From positions 160,001-224,000 of the forward strand of contig CAVYBU010000008.1 of assembly GCA_963766735.1 (NCBI GenBank): a DNA stretch of 64,000 bases, given 5' to 3'. The stretch's first letter is position 1. Each line of letters opens with the position of its first letter. The notes beneath the pieces are model-generated. The model made no database searches and was not told where the DNA came from. It saw only the letters and a program-made list of their open reading frames with translations. Of the stretch, positions 48,882 through 60,903 are shown piece by piece. The DNA comes from an uncultured Chloroflexia bacterium. GTDB lineage: Bacteria > Chloroflexota > Limnocylindria > Limnocylindrales > CSP1-4. Both the position numbers and the translations under genes were made by a program.

Positions 48882-49691
48882 CTACTCGCGCGGCAGCTCG
48901 GACGCCGCGGCCTCGTCCAGGATCCACGTTGCGTTGGTGGCCATCGTCATGCGCACCGGCAGATCGCGGGCGTCGTCGCCGCCCCAGGCCGCGCCGAGCA
49001 CGGCCGCCTTGGACGCCCCGGTGGACACCACGAGGACGGATCTCGCGGCAGCGACGACGTCCGGGTGCATCGTCACGCGCTCCACGTGCGGTTCCACGTG
49101 GGTCGGGGCCGGCACCGCCCGCACGAGCGATCCCTCCTCCCAGACCGCGGACCCGGGGAAGACCGAGAGCACGTGGCCGTCGGGGCCGACGCCCAGCACC
49201 AGGACGTCGAAGGCCGGAACGCCCTCCTGATCCCGTCCGGGGCCTTCAAGGAGGAGCGACGTCTCGTAGGCCGCCGCCGCACCGACGGGGCCGTCACCGT
49301 TGACGATGGCCTCGGCGACCGGTACCGGGTGCACGTTCGAGACCGGGATCCGGACCCCGCCGTGGTCGCCGTCGTCCCCTTCGGCGGCCAGCAGCATCTC
49401 GTTGAGCGGCAGCACGTTCGAGAGTGGGTCGTCGGCCGGGACGAACCGGTCGTCGCCCCACCAGACGTGGACGCTCGACCAGTCCACGAGATCCCGGAGG
49501 GGCGGGACGCGCAGGTGCCGGTAGATCCCCGGGGCCGCCGAGCCACCCGTGGTGGACCAGTGGGCAACGCCGCGTTCCGCGATCGCGGCCGCCAGGGCGA
49601 CGACGATCGCTGTCGCCGCGGCCTCGGCCGCAGCGTCGGGCGTCGGCAGGACGCGGACGATGGGCAGGCGACGGGGGCGCGGGGCGATCAT
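48882..49691 (-). CDS. pgl: 6-phosphogluconolactonase
   Basis: TGGS, WGDDRFVP...SN, LGVGPDGHVLSVFPG and RVT motifs. Confidence 0.9.
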   Translation of the reverse strand: MIAPRPRRLPIVRVLPTPDAAAEAAATAIVVALAAAIAERGVAHWSTTGGSAAPGIYRHLRVPPLRDLVDWSSVHVWWGDDRFVPADDPLSNVLPLNEMLLAAEGDDGDHGGVRIPVSNVHPVPVAEAIVNGDGPVGAAAAYETSLLLEGPGRDQEGVPAFDVLVLGVGPDGHVLSVFPGSAVWEEGSLVRAVPAPTHVEPHVERVTMHPDVVAAARSVLVVSTGASKAAVLGAAWGGDDARDLPVRMTMATNATWILDEAAASELPRE

Positions 49692-50930
49692 GGGTCGACG
49701 TCTCCCGCGAGGCGCGCGGCCATGCGGATGGTTTCCACCGCGAGCGGATCGCGGCCTCCCATCTCGAGGGCCTCGCCCAGCAGGTCGGCATCCGTGGGTC
49801 GCGGCGCCTTGAACGTCCGGTCCATCGCCTCAACGCCGTCCAGCCAGGCGTGGACGTGGACGTTCTCCGCCTCGGCGGTCACGTCCGCGCGCAGCTCCGA
49901 GCCGCGCCGGTCGGCGAGCAGCTCCACGCGCAGTGTCGTCCCGGCGGGCATCGGGGAGGCGATCGGCCGGATCACGACCGCCACGTCGGAGGTCTTGCTG
50001 CGCAGGCGCGCCGCGAGCCCGTGGTGGAGCGGCGCCCTCTCGCCGGGCCGGGGCCGTCCGCCCGTGCCCCCGCCCGCGCCCCGGCGGCCCCCCCGTGCCT
50101 GCCCCCGTGCTTCGACCGGCGTCAATGGGGACACGACCCGCATCCCCAGCCGGGACGCCAGCCAGGCCGCGTGGTACAGCGGCTTGACGACGTTGGTCGT
50201 GCCGGGTGCTCCCGTCTCGTCGTGCGTCCCGTAGGTGACCGCGATCCGCCGGACGTGCCCGAGGAAGGGGAGGAACTCCGCGAGGTCGAAGACGGTGGCG
50301 ATTGCCTCGCGCCAGCGCGACTGCCGGACCAGGGCGAAGTCACGGATCGCGATCCGCTCGTGCTCGTCGTACAGGCGGGCGAGCTGGCGGAGGCGCACCA
50401 GGCCATCACCGGACCAGCCCGAACCGTCCACCACGAGGCGGTCTGCGATGTCCAGCAGCTCGACCGTGGGGACCGAGTCCAGCGGCGGCTCGCCGGGCCA
50501 CCAGGCGGTCACCGGCAGGTCGTGGATGAGCAGCGGGGCCACCAGCGCGGTCAGGTGTCGGCCCGGTCTCGCCCCCTGCCGTGAGGTGGATCACCTCCGA
50601 GCACATCTCCGGGGCATCGGGCCGCGGCAGGACGCAGTGGGCCTCGATCCGGGCGTCCAGCCAGGGCGGCCCGTCCGGATCCGCGGAGAGCACGACCATC
50701 GTGCGGCTGGGGTGCCGGCCGGCCAGGCGGCTGATGATCTCCGCCGCCCACTCGCCCACCTCCGGCTTCTGCGCGATGACCACCAGGTTCATCACGCTGG
50801 TCCGGGCCGCGATGTACCGGCCGCGCCGCTCGCCGTTCGCGTCCACCATCAGGTTCGGCTGGGCCCAGATCCGCGCCAGCTCCGTCTCGATGTCGTCGAT
50901 GGTGCGGGCGCGGGACAGCCAGCGCAGCAT
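49688..50930 (-). CDS. opcA: G6PDH assembly protein OpcA (frameshift near 50560; may start at GTG 51055)
   Basis: SVMNLVV, HPSRT, SEVI, then PLLIHDLPVTAWWPG, RLVVD and WREAIA. Confidence 0.85.
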
Positions 50931-51039
50931 CGGCTCTCCCGGTCTCGAGCGCCTCGAGCGGCTCGATCCGCCCGCCGCCGCTCGCCCTCGTCCCGACGGC
51001 GATGATCTCGCCCGGCTCCGGCGCCCCGGCCGGGGCGGC

Positions 51040-52784
51040 CTAGATCCTGCGCCACCGTCGGCCCTCGCGGGCGAGAAGGTCGTCGGCGGCCTCGGGACCC
51101 CACGTGCCCGCCTCGTAGTTCGGGAAGGGGGAGCCTCCTGCTCGGCCCAGGCGGCGACGATCGGGTCCACGATCGACCACGCCTCCTCCACCTCGTCGGC
51201 CCGGGTGAACAGCGAGGCGTCGCCCAGGAGCACGTCCAGGATCAGCGTCTCGTAGGCATCCGGGCTGTCCGTCTGGAACGCGGAGCCGTAGGTGAAGTCC
51301 ATCGTCACGTTGCGGACGTCGATGCCCAGGCCCGGGACCTTGGCACCGAAGCGGAGCATGATCCCCTCGTCCGGCTGGATCCGCATCGCCAGCAGGTTGG
51401 GCTCCGGGTCCGCGGCGCTGTCCCGGAACAGCTGGTGCGGAACCTCCTTGAACTGGATCGCGATCTCGGTCGCCCGCTTGGGGAGACGCTTGCCCATCCG
51501 CAGGAAGAACGGGACCCCGGACCAGCGCCAGTCGTCGATCGTGAGGCGGGCCGCGATGTAGGTCTCGGTCTCGGACGCAGGATCGACGTCGGGTTCCGCG
51601 CGGTATCCGGGGACCGGCTTGGCCGACACCCACCCTGGGCCGTACTGCCCGCGCACGACGTCGCGGCGCGCCTGCTCCGGGGTGAGCCTGCCGACGGCGC
51701 GGATGACCTTGACCTTCTCGTCGCGCAGCGCATCGGCCTCGAAGGTTGCCGGCGGCTCCATCGCGACCAGGCTCAGCAGCTGGAGAAGGTGGTTCTGGAG
51801 GACGTCGCGGCTGGCGCCGGTCTCCTCGTAGAACGCGCCGCGGCTCTCGATCCCGATGGACTCCGCCACGGTGATCTGCACGTGGTCGATGTGGCGGCGG
51901 TTCCAGATGGGCTCGAAGATGCCGTTGCCGAACCGGAAGACCAGCAGGTTCCGGACCGTCTCCTTGCCCAGGTAGTGGTCGATGCGGTAGACCTGCCGCT
52001 CGCCGGAAGACCTTCCCGACCTCGCGGTTGAGGCGGATCGCGGAGTCAAGGTCCCGCCCGAACGGCTTCTCGATGACGACCCGGCGCCAGCCGCCTTCGT
52101 GGCGTTCGTGGTCCAGGCCCACCCGGCCGATCTGGGCGACGATCTCCGCGAACGCCGACGGTTGCGTGGCCAGGTAGAAGACCCGGTTGCCGCGGGTGCC
52201 GTGCGTCCTGGTCGAGGCCGTCCAGGAGCTCGCGCCAGGGACGTGTACGCGGCGGGATCGGCGAAGTCACCGCGGTGGTAGACGATCCGGGAGGCGAGAT
52301 CGTCCCACGCCTCCGCATCAACCGGCTGGACGCGCGAGTACCTGTCCAGCGACTCCTTCAGCTCCCGCCGGAAGGTCTCGTCCGTGTACGGGCGGCGGCC
52401 GACGGCCACCAGCGTGAACTCGTGGGGGAGCAGGTGCGTGCGCCAGAGCTGGAACAGCGCCGGGATGACCTTGCGATGGGCGAGGTCGCCGGTGGCGCCG
52501 AACAGGACGAAGACGGCCGGCTCCGGGACGCGCTCCAGGCGGAGACCTTCGCGGAGCGGGTTGTCCAGGGGCTTTGCCGCGGGGGTGCGGCGCCGGCTCT
52601 CCGTGGCGAGACGCAGGTCCCGCATGGTGCGCGGGGCGTCCTTCCTGCAGGCGGCGCGGAGGTCGCGGGCGCGGAGCTCGCGGGCGCGGACGTCGCGGGC
52701 GCGGAGCTCGCGGGCGCGGACGTAGCTGGCGCGGGTCGCGGGCGCGCCGGGCGTCCTGGCGGCGGCCTCCGGACGTTTCGCCAC
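51040..52784 (-). CDS. zwf: Glucose-6-phosphate dehydrogenase (several apparent indels)
   Basis: FGATGDLA, IEKPFG, RIDHYLGKE, RDVLQNHLLQ, RWSGVPF, AYETL and YEAGTWGP. Confidence 0.92.
52663..52722. repeat. 4 x 15-bp tandem repeat in the zwf N-terminal extension
   Basis: Unit TCGCGGGCGCGGA(GC/CG). Confidence 0.85.
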
Positions 52785-52786
52785 GT

Positions 52787-53687
52787 CTAGCCCGTCTTCA
52801 CCGGGTGGCCGCCAAACTCGTTGCGGAGCGCGGCGAGCACCTTGCCGCCGTAGGAATCGTCCTGGCGCGAGCGGAACCGGGTCAGCAGCGCAAGCGTGAT
52901 GACCGGAGCCGGGACGTCCTTGTCGATCGCCTCCTGCACCGTCCAGCGGCCCTCGCCGGAGTCTGACACCCAGCCCTTCAGGTGCGCCAGGTCGTTGCCC
53001 TGCGACGCGAACGCGCGGACCGCCAGCTCCAGCAGCCACGAGCGCACGACCGATCCGTGGTTCCACATCTCGGCGATGCCGCCGAGATCGAGGTCGTAGT
53101 CGGACGCGTGCATGATCTCGAAGCCTTCGGCGTACGCCTGCATCAGGCCGTACTCGATGCCGTTGTGGACCATCTTCACGTAGTGGCCGGCGCCCGGCCC
53201 GCCCACGTGCATGTACCCGCCCTCGGGTGCCAGCGACAGGAAGATGGGCTCCAGCGGCTTCACGGCCTCGGGCTCACCGCCGGTCATCAGGCAGTACCCG
53301 ACCTGGAGGCCCCAGATCCCGCCGGACGTGCCGGCGTCGACGTAGGCGATGCCCTTCGACCTTGAGCTCGGCGTGACGTCGGACGTCGTCGTGGAAGTTG
53401 GTGTTGCCGCCGTCGATGATCGTGTCGCCGGGTTCCAGGTGCTCCAGCAGCTCGTCGATCTGGGCCTGGGTGGCGTCGCCTGCCGGGACCATGATCCAGA
53501 CGTGGCGGGGTCTCTCCAGCTTCGAGACCAGCTCCGCGATCGAGTACGCGGCCTCGGCTCCCTCCTTCGCGATCTCGGTCGTCTTCTCGGGCGTCCGGTT
53601 GTAGGCCACGATCTGGTGGTCGTCGCGGAGCAGGCGGCGGACCATGTTCGCGCCCATCCGTCCGAGTCCGATGAAGCCGATGCGCAT
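52787..53687 (-). CDS. gnd: 6-phosphogluconate dehydrogenase, short form (frameshift near 53360)
   Basis: [40 protein letters not shown] and RNEFGGH. Confidence 0.92.
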
Positions 53688-53832
53688 GGGAGGGTCTCCG
53701 TTGGCGGGGAAGGGGCGAGGGGGTGGCCGGCGGGTAAAGGATAGGCGCGAAGGAGCCATCGCGCCCGAGTCGACACCGGCATGATTCGACCGGCGGGCGG
53801 CCGGCCGCGGTGGGTGCGCAACGGGGGTCGAT

Positions 53833-55016
53833 GTGACGGACGGGCGGCGATGGTTGGCGGCGGTCCTCGCCTTGGCGGTGGTCCTCGCCCTTGCGACGGG
53901 CTGCGGTGGACCCGCGGCACCGCTCGTGACGGCGCCGCCGGTTCCCGACGCCACCGTGCCCGCACTCGCATGGATGGCAACCGACGTGCCCCGGATCCGC
54001 GACGGTGAGGCGGTGGCGGTGTCGTTCGGGCCGACAGGGTTCGTCGCGGTCGGTGGGGTCACCGGCTGGCGTCCGGACGGGAACGGCGGCTTCAATGGGT
54101 TCCCGCTGCGACCGTTCATCCTGCGGTCGTCCGACGGCGTGACCTGGAGCGAGGCGGCACTGGATTTCGACATCGCGGGCATCGAGCTCCAGGACGTCGC
54201 GGCTGGGCCGGGCGGCTACGTCGCCGTCGGCAACCTCGATCCCGGGCCCGTGGTGCGCCGCGTCGTCATCTTGCGCTCCGAGGACGGACTTTCCTGGGAG
54301 CCGGCCGCGCTCCCGAACCCGGACGACAATCGGTCCGCCTGGCGCGTCGCCTGGACTGGCGAGTCCTTCGTGGTCTCGGTGACCGCGCACGGCGAGCCCC
54401 TGCCCGTCGAGCTGGCCTCGCCGGACGGGCGGGCGTGGACGTCTCGCGAGGTGCCCTACCAGCGTTGGCTCGTGCCGACGACCGCCGGGTGGCTCGGGAT
54501 CGGACCGCTCGACACCTGGACGACGCCGGACGGCGGCTCCTGGGAGGCGGACGCCCTGACGGGGCCGCGCGGCGGCACCGATGCCATGGTCCCCGAGCGG
54601 GGTGCCGTGACGCCCGGCGGCACCGTGCTCACGGGCTACTTCGACGGCGGCTGCAACCTGTTCGGCAACTGCGAGTATGGGACCGCGGCATGGTGGTCGT
54701 CGGACGCGCGGCACTGGTCGGCGCTGCCGTCCGCCTCGGAGGGCTGGCCCTTCGGAGGGTCGACCACGGGTGTGCACGTCCTCGGTGGTGGCGAGGGGCT
54801 GGCGGTCTACGCCAACGACCGTGACACGTGGGCCAGCGTGGACGGCTGGCGCTGGCAGCCGCTCGTCGCGGATGGGCCGCTGGTCCCGTCCGACCAGGCC
54901 GTGCGCGACATCGCCGTGGAAACGGAACGGTCGTGCTCGTGGGCGGCCGGTTCGATGGCGCCGGGCAGCTGCCGGCGCAGTCCGTGGCGATCGACGCCGC
55001 AGTGCCGGCGCCCTAG
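53833..55016 (+). CDS. Putative lipoprotein with S-x-D-G-x-x-W (Asp-box/BNR-like) repeats; frameshift near 54925
   Basis: LATGC lipobox; [28 protein letters not shown] and SVDGWRW. Confidence 0.7.
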
Positions 55017-55491
55017 TCCCGGCGGCTCGCCCATCGAGGACGTCTCGATCGCCAGCACCTTGCCCAAACGGCGCCGGTGCCGGGGCTCGCCCGAGAAGCG
55101 CGCGGCGAGGAACGCGGCCGCGCACTCCACCGCGGGCTCGATCCCGATGACCCGCGCCCCCATCGCCAGGACGTTCATGTCGTCGTGCTCCACGCCCTGG
55201 TGCGCGCGAGTAGGTGTCGTGGCAGAGCCCCGCCCGGATGCCCCGCATCTTGTTGATCGCGATGGACGCCCCCACGCCGGAGCCGCAGACCAGGATCCCC
55301 CGGTCCGCGTGCCCGGACTGGATGGCCTGGCCGAGCAGCCACGCGAAGTCCGGGTAGTCGTCCTGCGGGTCGGAGCCGTCGCCGCCGAGATCGATCAGCT
55401 CGTCGTCGGCCGACAGCAGCGCCTCCAGCCTCGCCAGCAGCTCGTCCTTGAACGCGGCTCCAGCGTGATCGGCCGCCAACGCAACGCGCAT
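55013..55491 (-). CDS. rpiB: Ribose-5-phosphate isomerase B (frameshift near 55205; 3' end approximate)
   Basis: [29 protein letters not shown] and RHRRR motifs. Confidence 0.9.
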
Positions 55492-55505
55492 CGCCGTCGC
55501 CTCCT

Positions 55506-57601
55506 TCAGCCGTGTCCGTGCGGGTGGCCGAGGGACGGGTCGGAGACGCCGACGCGCCCGCGCAGCCCCTCGCGGACCACGCGCCGCCCGACCGACGCCA
55601 CGTTCTCGGCGGTGAACCCGAAGGCCTCCAGGATCGTCCCGGCCGGCGCGCTGGCCCCGAACCGGTCCAGCCCCAGGATCGCCCCCTCGTCGCCGGCCCA
55701 TCGCTCCCAGCCCAGGGAGACGCCCGCCTCCACGGTCACGCGCTTGCGCACGTCTGCCGGGAGCACGCTCTCGCGATAGGAAGCGTCCTGGACCTCGAAG
55801 CGCTCCCAGCACGGCAGGCTCACGACGCGGGTCGGGATGCCGTCGGCCTCCAGCGCATCGGCAGCCGCCGCGCACAGGGCCAGCTCGGATCCCGTGGCCG
55901 ACGAGGATCAGCGCGGGCGTCCCTCCGGCCGCCTCCCGCAGCACGTAGCCGCCGCGGCGGACGCCCTCGCGTGCGCCCTCCTTCGTGCCCGGCAGGGTCG
56001 GCAGCTTCTGGCGGGTGAACGCCAGCGCCACGGGCCCGGGGGCCGCATCCGCGAGCGATGGACCGCTCCACCGCCAGCGCCCAGGCCGCGATCGCCTCGT
56101 TCCCGTCGCCGGGACGGATGAACCACAGGTTCGGGATCGCGCGCAGCGCCGCGTAGTGCTCGACCGGCTGGTGCGTGGGCCCGTCCTCGCCCAGGCCCAC
56201 GGAGTCGTGGGTCCAGACGTAGGTCACGTGCAGCCCGGAGAGGGCGGCGATCCGGACCGAGCCGCGCATGTAGTCGCTGAACGTCAGGAACGTGGCGCAG
56301 TACGGCAGGAACCCGCCGTGGTAGGCGATGCCGTTGGCGATGCCGCCCATCGCGTGCTCGCGCACGCCGAAGCGGATGTTGCGCCCCGCGTGGTCCGCGG
56401 CGAAGTTGTCGTGACCCAGCGCCTTGACGTCCGTCAGGTTGGACTCGGACAGGTCCGCGGACCCGCCGAAGAGCTCCGGCAGAGTGGCGGCCAGCGCCTG
56501 GATCGCGTCCTGGCTGGCGTTCCGGGTGGCGACCTCGGAGCCGGTCTCGTAGGCCGGGAGCGCCTGCGTCCCAACCGGCGGGCAGGGCACCGCTCACGCG
56601 ACGGCGGAGCTCGGCCGCCTCGGCGGGGAAGTCGGCCTCATAGGCGGTGACGCGCGCCTCCCAGTCGGCCACGAGCGCCTCGCCCGCGGGGACGGCGCGG
56701 CGGAACAGCTCGCCCGCCTCGTCGGGGACGAAGAAGCTCTTGTCCGGGTCCCAGCCGTACGCCTCCTTGGTGAGGCGGACCTCGTCCGGGCCGAGCGGGG
56801 CGCCGTGCGACTTCTGGCTGTCCTGCTTGTTGGGGCTGCCGAAGCCGATGTGGGTGTGGACCGCGATGATCGACGGGCGGTCGTCGGCCTTGCGCGGCCT
56901 CGATGGCCGCCGAGATCGCCGCGACGTCGTTCCCGTCCTCGATGCGCTGGGTGTGCCAGCCGTACGCGGCATAGCGCGCGAGCACGTCCTCGGTGAACGT
57001 CCAGGCGGTGGGGCCGTCGAGCTGGATCCGGTTGTCGTCGTAGAGGGCGATCAGCTTGCCCAGCTTCAGGTGACCGGCGAGGGAGCTCGCCTCCGCGGTG
57101 ATGCCCTCCTGCAGGTCGCCGTCCGAGCAGATGACGTACGTGCGGTGGTCGACGACGTCGTGGCCGGGCCGGTTGAACTCCGCGGCGAGGCGGCGCTCCG
57201 CGATGGCCATGCCGACGCCGTTGACCAGGCCCTGGCCCAGCGGGCCGGTGGTGGCCTCCACGCCCGGGGTCATGCCGTACTCGGGGTGACCCGGGGTGAT
57301 CGGAGCCCCACTGGCGGAAGAGCTGGAGGTCGTCCAGGCTCACGGCGTAGCCGGTCAGGTGGAGCAGCGAGTAGAGCAGCATGCTCGCGTGGCCGGCGGA
57401 CAGGACGAAGCGGTCGCGGTCCGGCCAGGCGGGGTTCGTGGGGGCGTGGCGGAGGTGGCTGGTCCAGAGCGCGTAGGCCATCGCCGCCACGCCCATGGGG
57501 GCGCCCGGGTGCCCGGAGTTCGCCTGCTGCACGCCGTCGATGGAGAGGGTGCGGATCGTGTCGACGGCGAGCCGCTCGAGGTCGTCCGAGGGGCTGGTCA
57601 T
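55506..57601 (-). CDS. tkt: Transketolase (multiple apparent indels)
   Basis: [64 protein letters not shown] and FGASAP. Confidence 0.93.
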
Positions 57602-57723
57602 CGCTGTCTCCGGGTGCGCGGGACGCGGGCTGGACCGGCGCGTCCCCGATGGCGGCGCGCAGCGCGGCGCGTTCGGCCGCGAGGGGCCATCGTACCGCGG
57701 GCGCGCGGCGTATCCTCGGCGCC

Positions 57724-58725
57724 ATGCCCGCCCTGCCTGCCCCGCAGCCGGCTGCCTCCTCGCCGCTCCCGCCGTCGCGCCCGCCCGCCGGCGGCCCATC
57801 GCCGCCGCGCGTCGTCGTGCTCGGCGACCTGGTGGTCGATGTCGTCCTCGCCCCGGACCGGGACCTCGCGCGCGGCACGGACGTCACCGGACGCGTGACC
57901 CTGCGCCAGGGCGGCTCCGCTGCCTCGACGGCACGGTGGCTGGGCCGGATCGGAGCCCGGAGCTCGCTCGTGTGCGCGATCGGGCGGGATGCTCCCGGCC
58001 GGGCGCTCGTCGCCGCCTCGGCCGCGGACGGCGTCACCGTGCGCGCGGTGCGCGTCGCGGGGGCGCCGACCGGCCGGATCGGCGTGCTCGTGGAGCCGGG
58101 CGGCGAGCGCTCGTTCGTCACGGAGCGGGGCGCCGCGCTCCGGCTCCGGCCGGAGGACCTGCACCCGGCCTGGTTCGCGGGCGCCGATGCCCTCCACCTC
58201 CCGGCCTATTCGCTCCTCGACCAGCCGCTGGGCGAGGCCGGGCATGGTCGCCTCCGTCTCGCGCAGCGCGGCCGGCGTGCTCGTGTCGGTGGACCTCTCG
58301 TCGTGCGGCCCGCTCCTCGCGCAAGGGCCGCCGCGCCGCGCTGTCGCTGATCCTCAAGGCCGCGCCGGACCTCCTGTTCGCGACCAGGGACGAGTCCCGC
58401 GCGCTCGTGGGCGCGAAGCGCGATGGCGGACCTCCTGGACCTGGCGCCGATCGCGGTCATCAAGCGCGGCCGCAAGGGCGTGACGGTGCTCGCCCGCGAC
58501 GGCGACGAGCCGTCTCCGGTTCGAGGTCGCCACCAGGCATCAGTCAAGACGCGGCGACACGACCGGCGCCGGCGATGCCTTCGACGCGGGCTTCCTGTCC
58601 GGCTGGCTCGAGGCCGGCACCGAGGGCCTCACGATGCCGCGGCCGCTGCGGCGGGGCGCGGTCGTCGGCAACCGCACGCCCTGCGCCACCTGTCCAGCCC
58701 GCCGGGGGAGCTTGTGCTCGCCTGA
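57724..58725 (+). CDS. PfkB-family kinase, candidate pseudouridine kinase (apparent indels)
   Basis: [19 protein letters not shown], and [12 protein letters not shown] in a shifted frame; psuG nearby. Confidence 0.8.
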
Positions 58726-60825
58726 GCCGGAGCCGCTCGGTCCTGCGCGTACGGATCGGCTTCCAACCGCCGCGCTGCGTTCCGCTCCGGGGCGACCAGG
58801 AAGCGGTCGAACCAGTCGAGCATCCGGGTCATCCGGTCGATGCGGCGGTCGATGCGGCCGGTGGCCTGGATCACGTGGTACTCCTCGGGATAGAGGACGT
58901 ACTCCACCTCGCGGCCGAGCCAGCGCAGGGCGACGAAGAACTGCTCGTTGTCGGCCGGCGGGCAGCGTCGGTCCGCCTCCGACTGGAGCATGAGCAGCGG
59001 AGTGCGGACCTCGGCCACGTTGCGCAGCGGCGACTGGCGCCACAGCTGCGCCACGCCCTCCGGGGTGGTCGCGTCGCCCATCCGGGCCGCGCGGCAGTAC
59101 TCGGGGCCGCTGTCGCTGTGGGCCCACGCAGAGACCTGGTTCGTCACGCCGTTCTCGGACACGGCCGCCCGGAACCGGTCCGTGGTGCCCACCAGCCAGT
59201 TGACCATGAACCCGCCGTAGGACAGGCCGAGGGCGCCCAGCCGCTCGGGATCGGCCAGGCCGATCGCCACGGCGTGGTCGAGCGCGGCGTGGACGTCCTC
59301 GGCGTCCGGGCCGCCCCACTCGCCCAGCTGGGGCGCGATCCAGTCGGCGCCGTACGAGGCGGACCCGCGGATGTTGGGCAGGACCACCCGGTAGCCGCGC
59401 GCACAGAGGAGAACCACCTCCAGCGATGGGGCCGGGGCCCAGGCCCCCAGCGGACCGCCGTGGACGTCCACGATGGTCGGCAGCGGCCCATCGCCGGCGC
59501 CGGCCGGTGAGGCGATCCACGTCTCCACCGGGCCGCCGGGCCCGGGTGCCTCCACGAGCCGCATCTCCGGCCACGCGAGGCCGCCCGTCCAGGCCGAGCC
59601 CATCGTCGTGATCGGCCGCAGGGAGCCGTCCTCCTCGACGAGACACAGCTCGGGCGGCCGGGCGCCGATGGTGGCCGTGACCGTAGAGCCGGCCGCCACC
59701 CGCGGCAAGGGTGTTGGCCATGACGTCGCCCTGCGCGAGGCGCGCCGGGTCGCCGGCAGGCCGGCCACGGACCGGATCCACCGGGAACCGCCACGGGTGC
59801 GTCCGCCCCCGGTCCGTCACCAGGGCGATCACGGTGTCCGGGCCGGTCCACAGGGGTCCGGGCCGGCTGCTGGTCATCCAGCCCGTGAGGTCGGTGTCCG
59901 CCCAGTTGCCCACCGGCCGGTCCAGGTCCGGGGCCAGGGCGACGGCCGGCGCGCCACCGTCCGCCGGTCCCAGGTGGAGGGTGGGGGAGATGTCGTCGAA
60001 GAAGTCGGGGTCGTCTACGCCGATCCCGGCGATCCAGCGGCCGTCCGGCGAGTAGGCCGGCGATTTGACCGGCCCGGCAAGGGCGAGGATCTCGCGCGGG
60101 TCGCCACCGGCCAGCGGCACCTCCCAGATCGAGGTCCGGGGGTGGCGGTCGGCGTCGGGCTGCAGGTCGGCGACAAAGGCGATGGCCTTGCCGTCCGGTC
60201 GCCAGGCGATCTCGGAGGCCCCGCCGGGAACCGCGGTCAGGCATCGTGCGCTGCCCGTCCTCGGTGGCGGAGATCACGTGCACCTGGCTCCGGCGGTCGA
60301 GGTATCCCTCCTCGTCCCAGCGCCAGTCGAGCGTCGTCACGCGGCGTGCCAGCGGCTCGCCCGGCCTGGGCTTGGGGCCCACGATGAGCCGCTGCGGTCC
60401 GGTCTTCGCCAGGAAGGCGATCGACCGGCCATCCGGTGACCATGCCAGCTCCTCGACGCTCAGGTCTCCGGTGTCGATCGTGACCGGTTCGGCGGAGTCG
60501 CCCGCCCCGGCCAGCTCGAGGACCATCAGGTGCGAGTCCCGGTGCGGATCGTGGGAGCCGGGCTTCCTGCGCCGGAAGGCGAGCCGGCGGCCGTCGGGCG
60601 AGATCAGCGGGTGCTTGTCGCGCACGGGTCCGCTCGTCAGCTGGCGCGGAGCGCTGCCATCGACCGGCACCAGCCAGCAGTGCGAGACGTACCTTCCGCG
60701 GCTCACCGCGCGTCGCGTGATCACCGCGAACGACCCGTCTGGCGCGAGGTCGTGCTCTTCGAGGACGACCTGGTGGCGGAGGGTCTCGGGGGTGGGGAGC
60801 CGGGGGCGTTTCGTCGTGTAGCCAT
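58629..60825 (-). CDS. S9 family (acylaminoacyl/dipeptidyl) peptidase with a PD40-like propeller (apparent indels; ends approximate)
   Basis: SPDG repeats, VHGGP, NIRGSASYG, GLSYGG, DRRCP and YPEEYH catalytic triad motifs. Confidence 0.85.
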
Positions 60826-60903
60826 GCCAGCAGGCGTAGCCCGCCGGCCCGGCGGCCGTCGTCACCTGGTGCACCCCGCGCACCGCGGACGTACCCTCAT
60901 CCC

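Noticed and set aside
50406-56031. Chimeric ORFs (886 aa and 914 aa) suggesting Zwf-OpcA or Tkt-RpiB fusions
   Set aside because: Artefacts of indels joining neighbouring genes.
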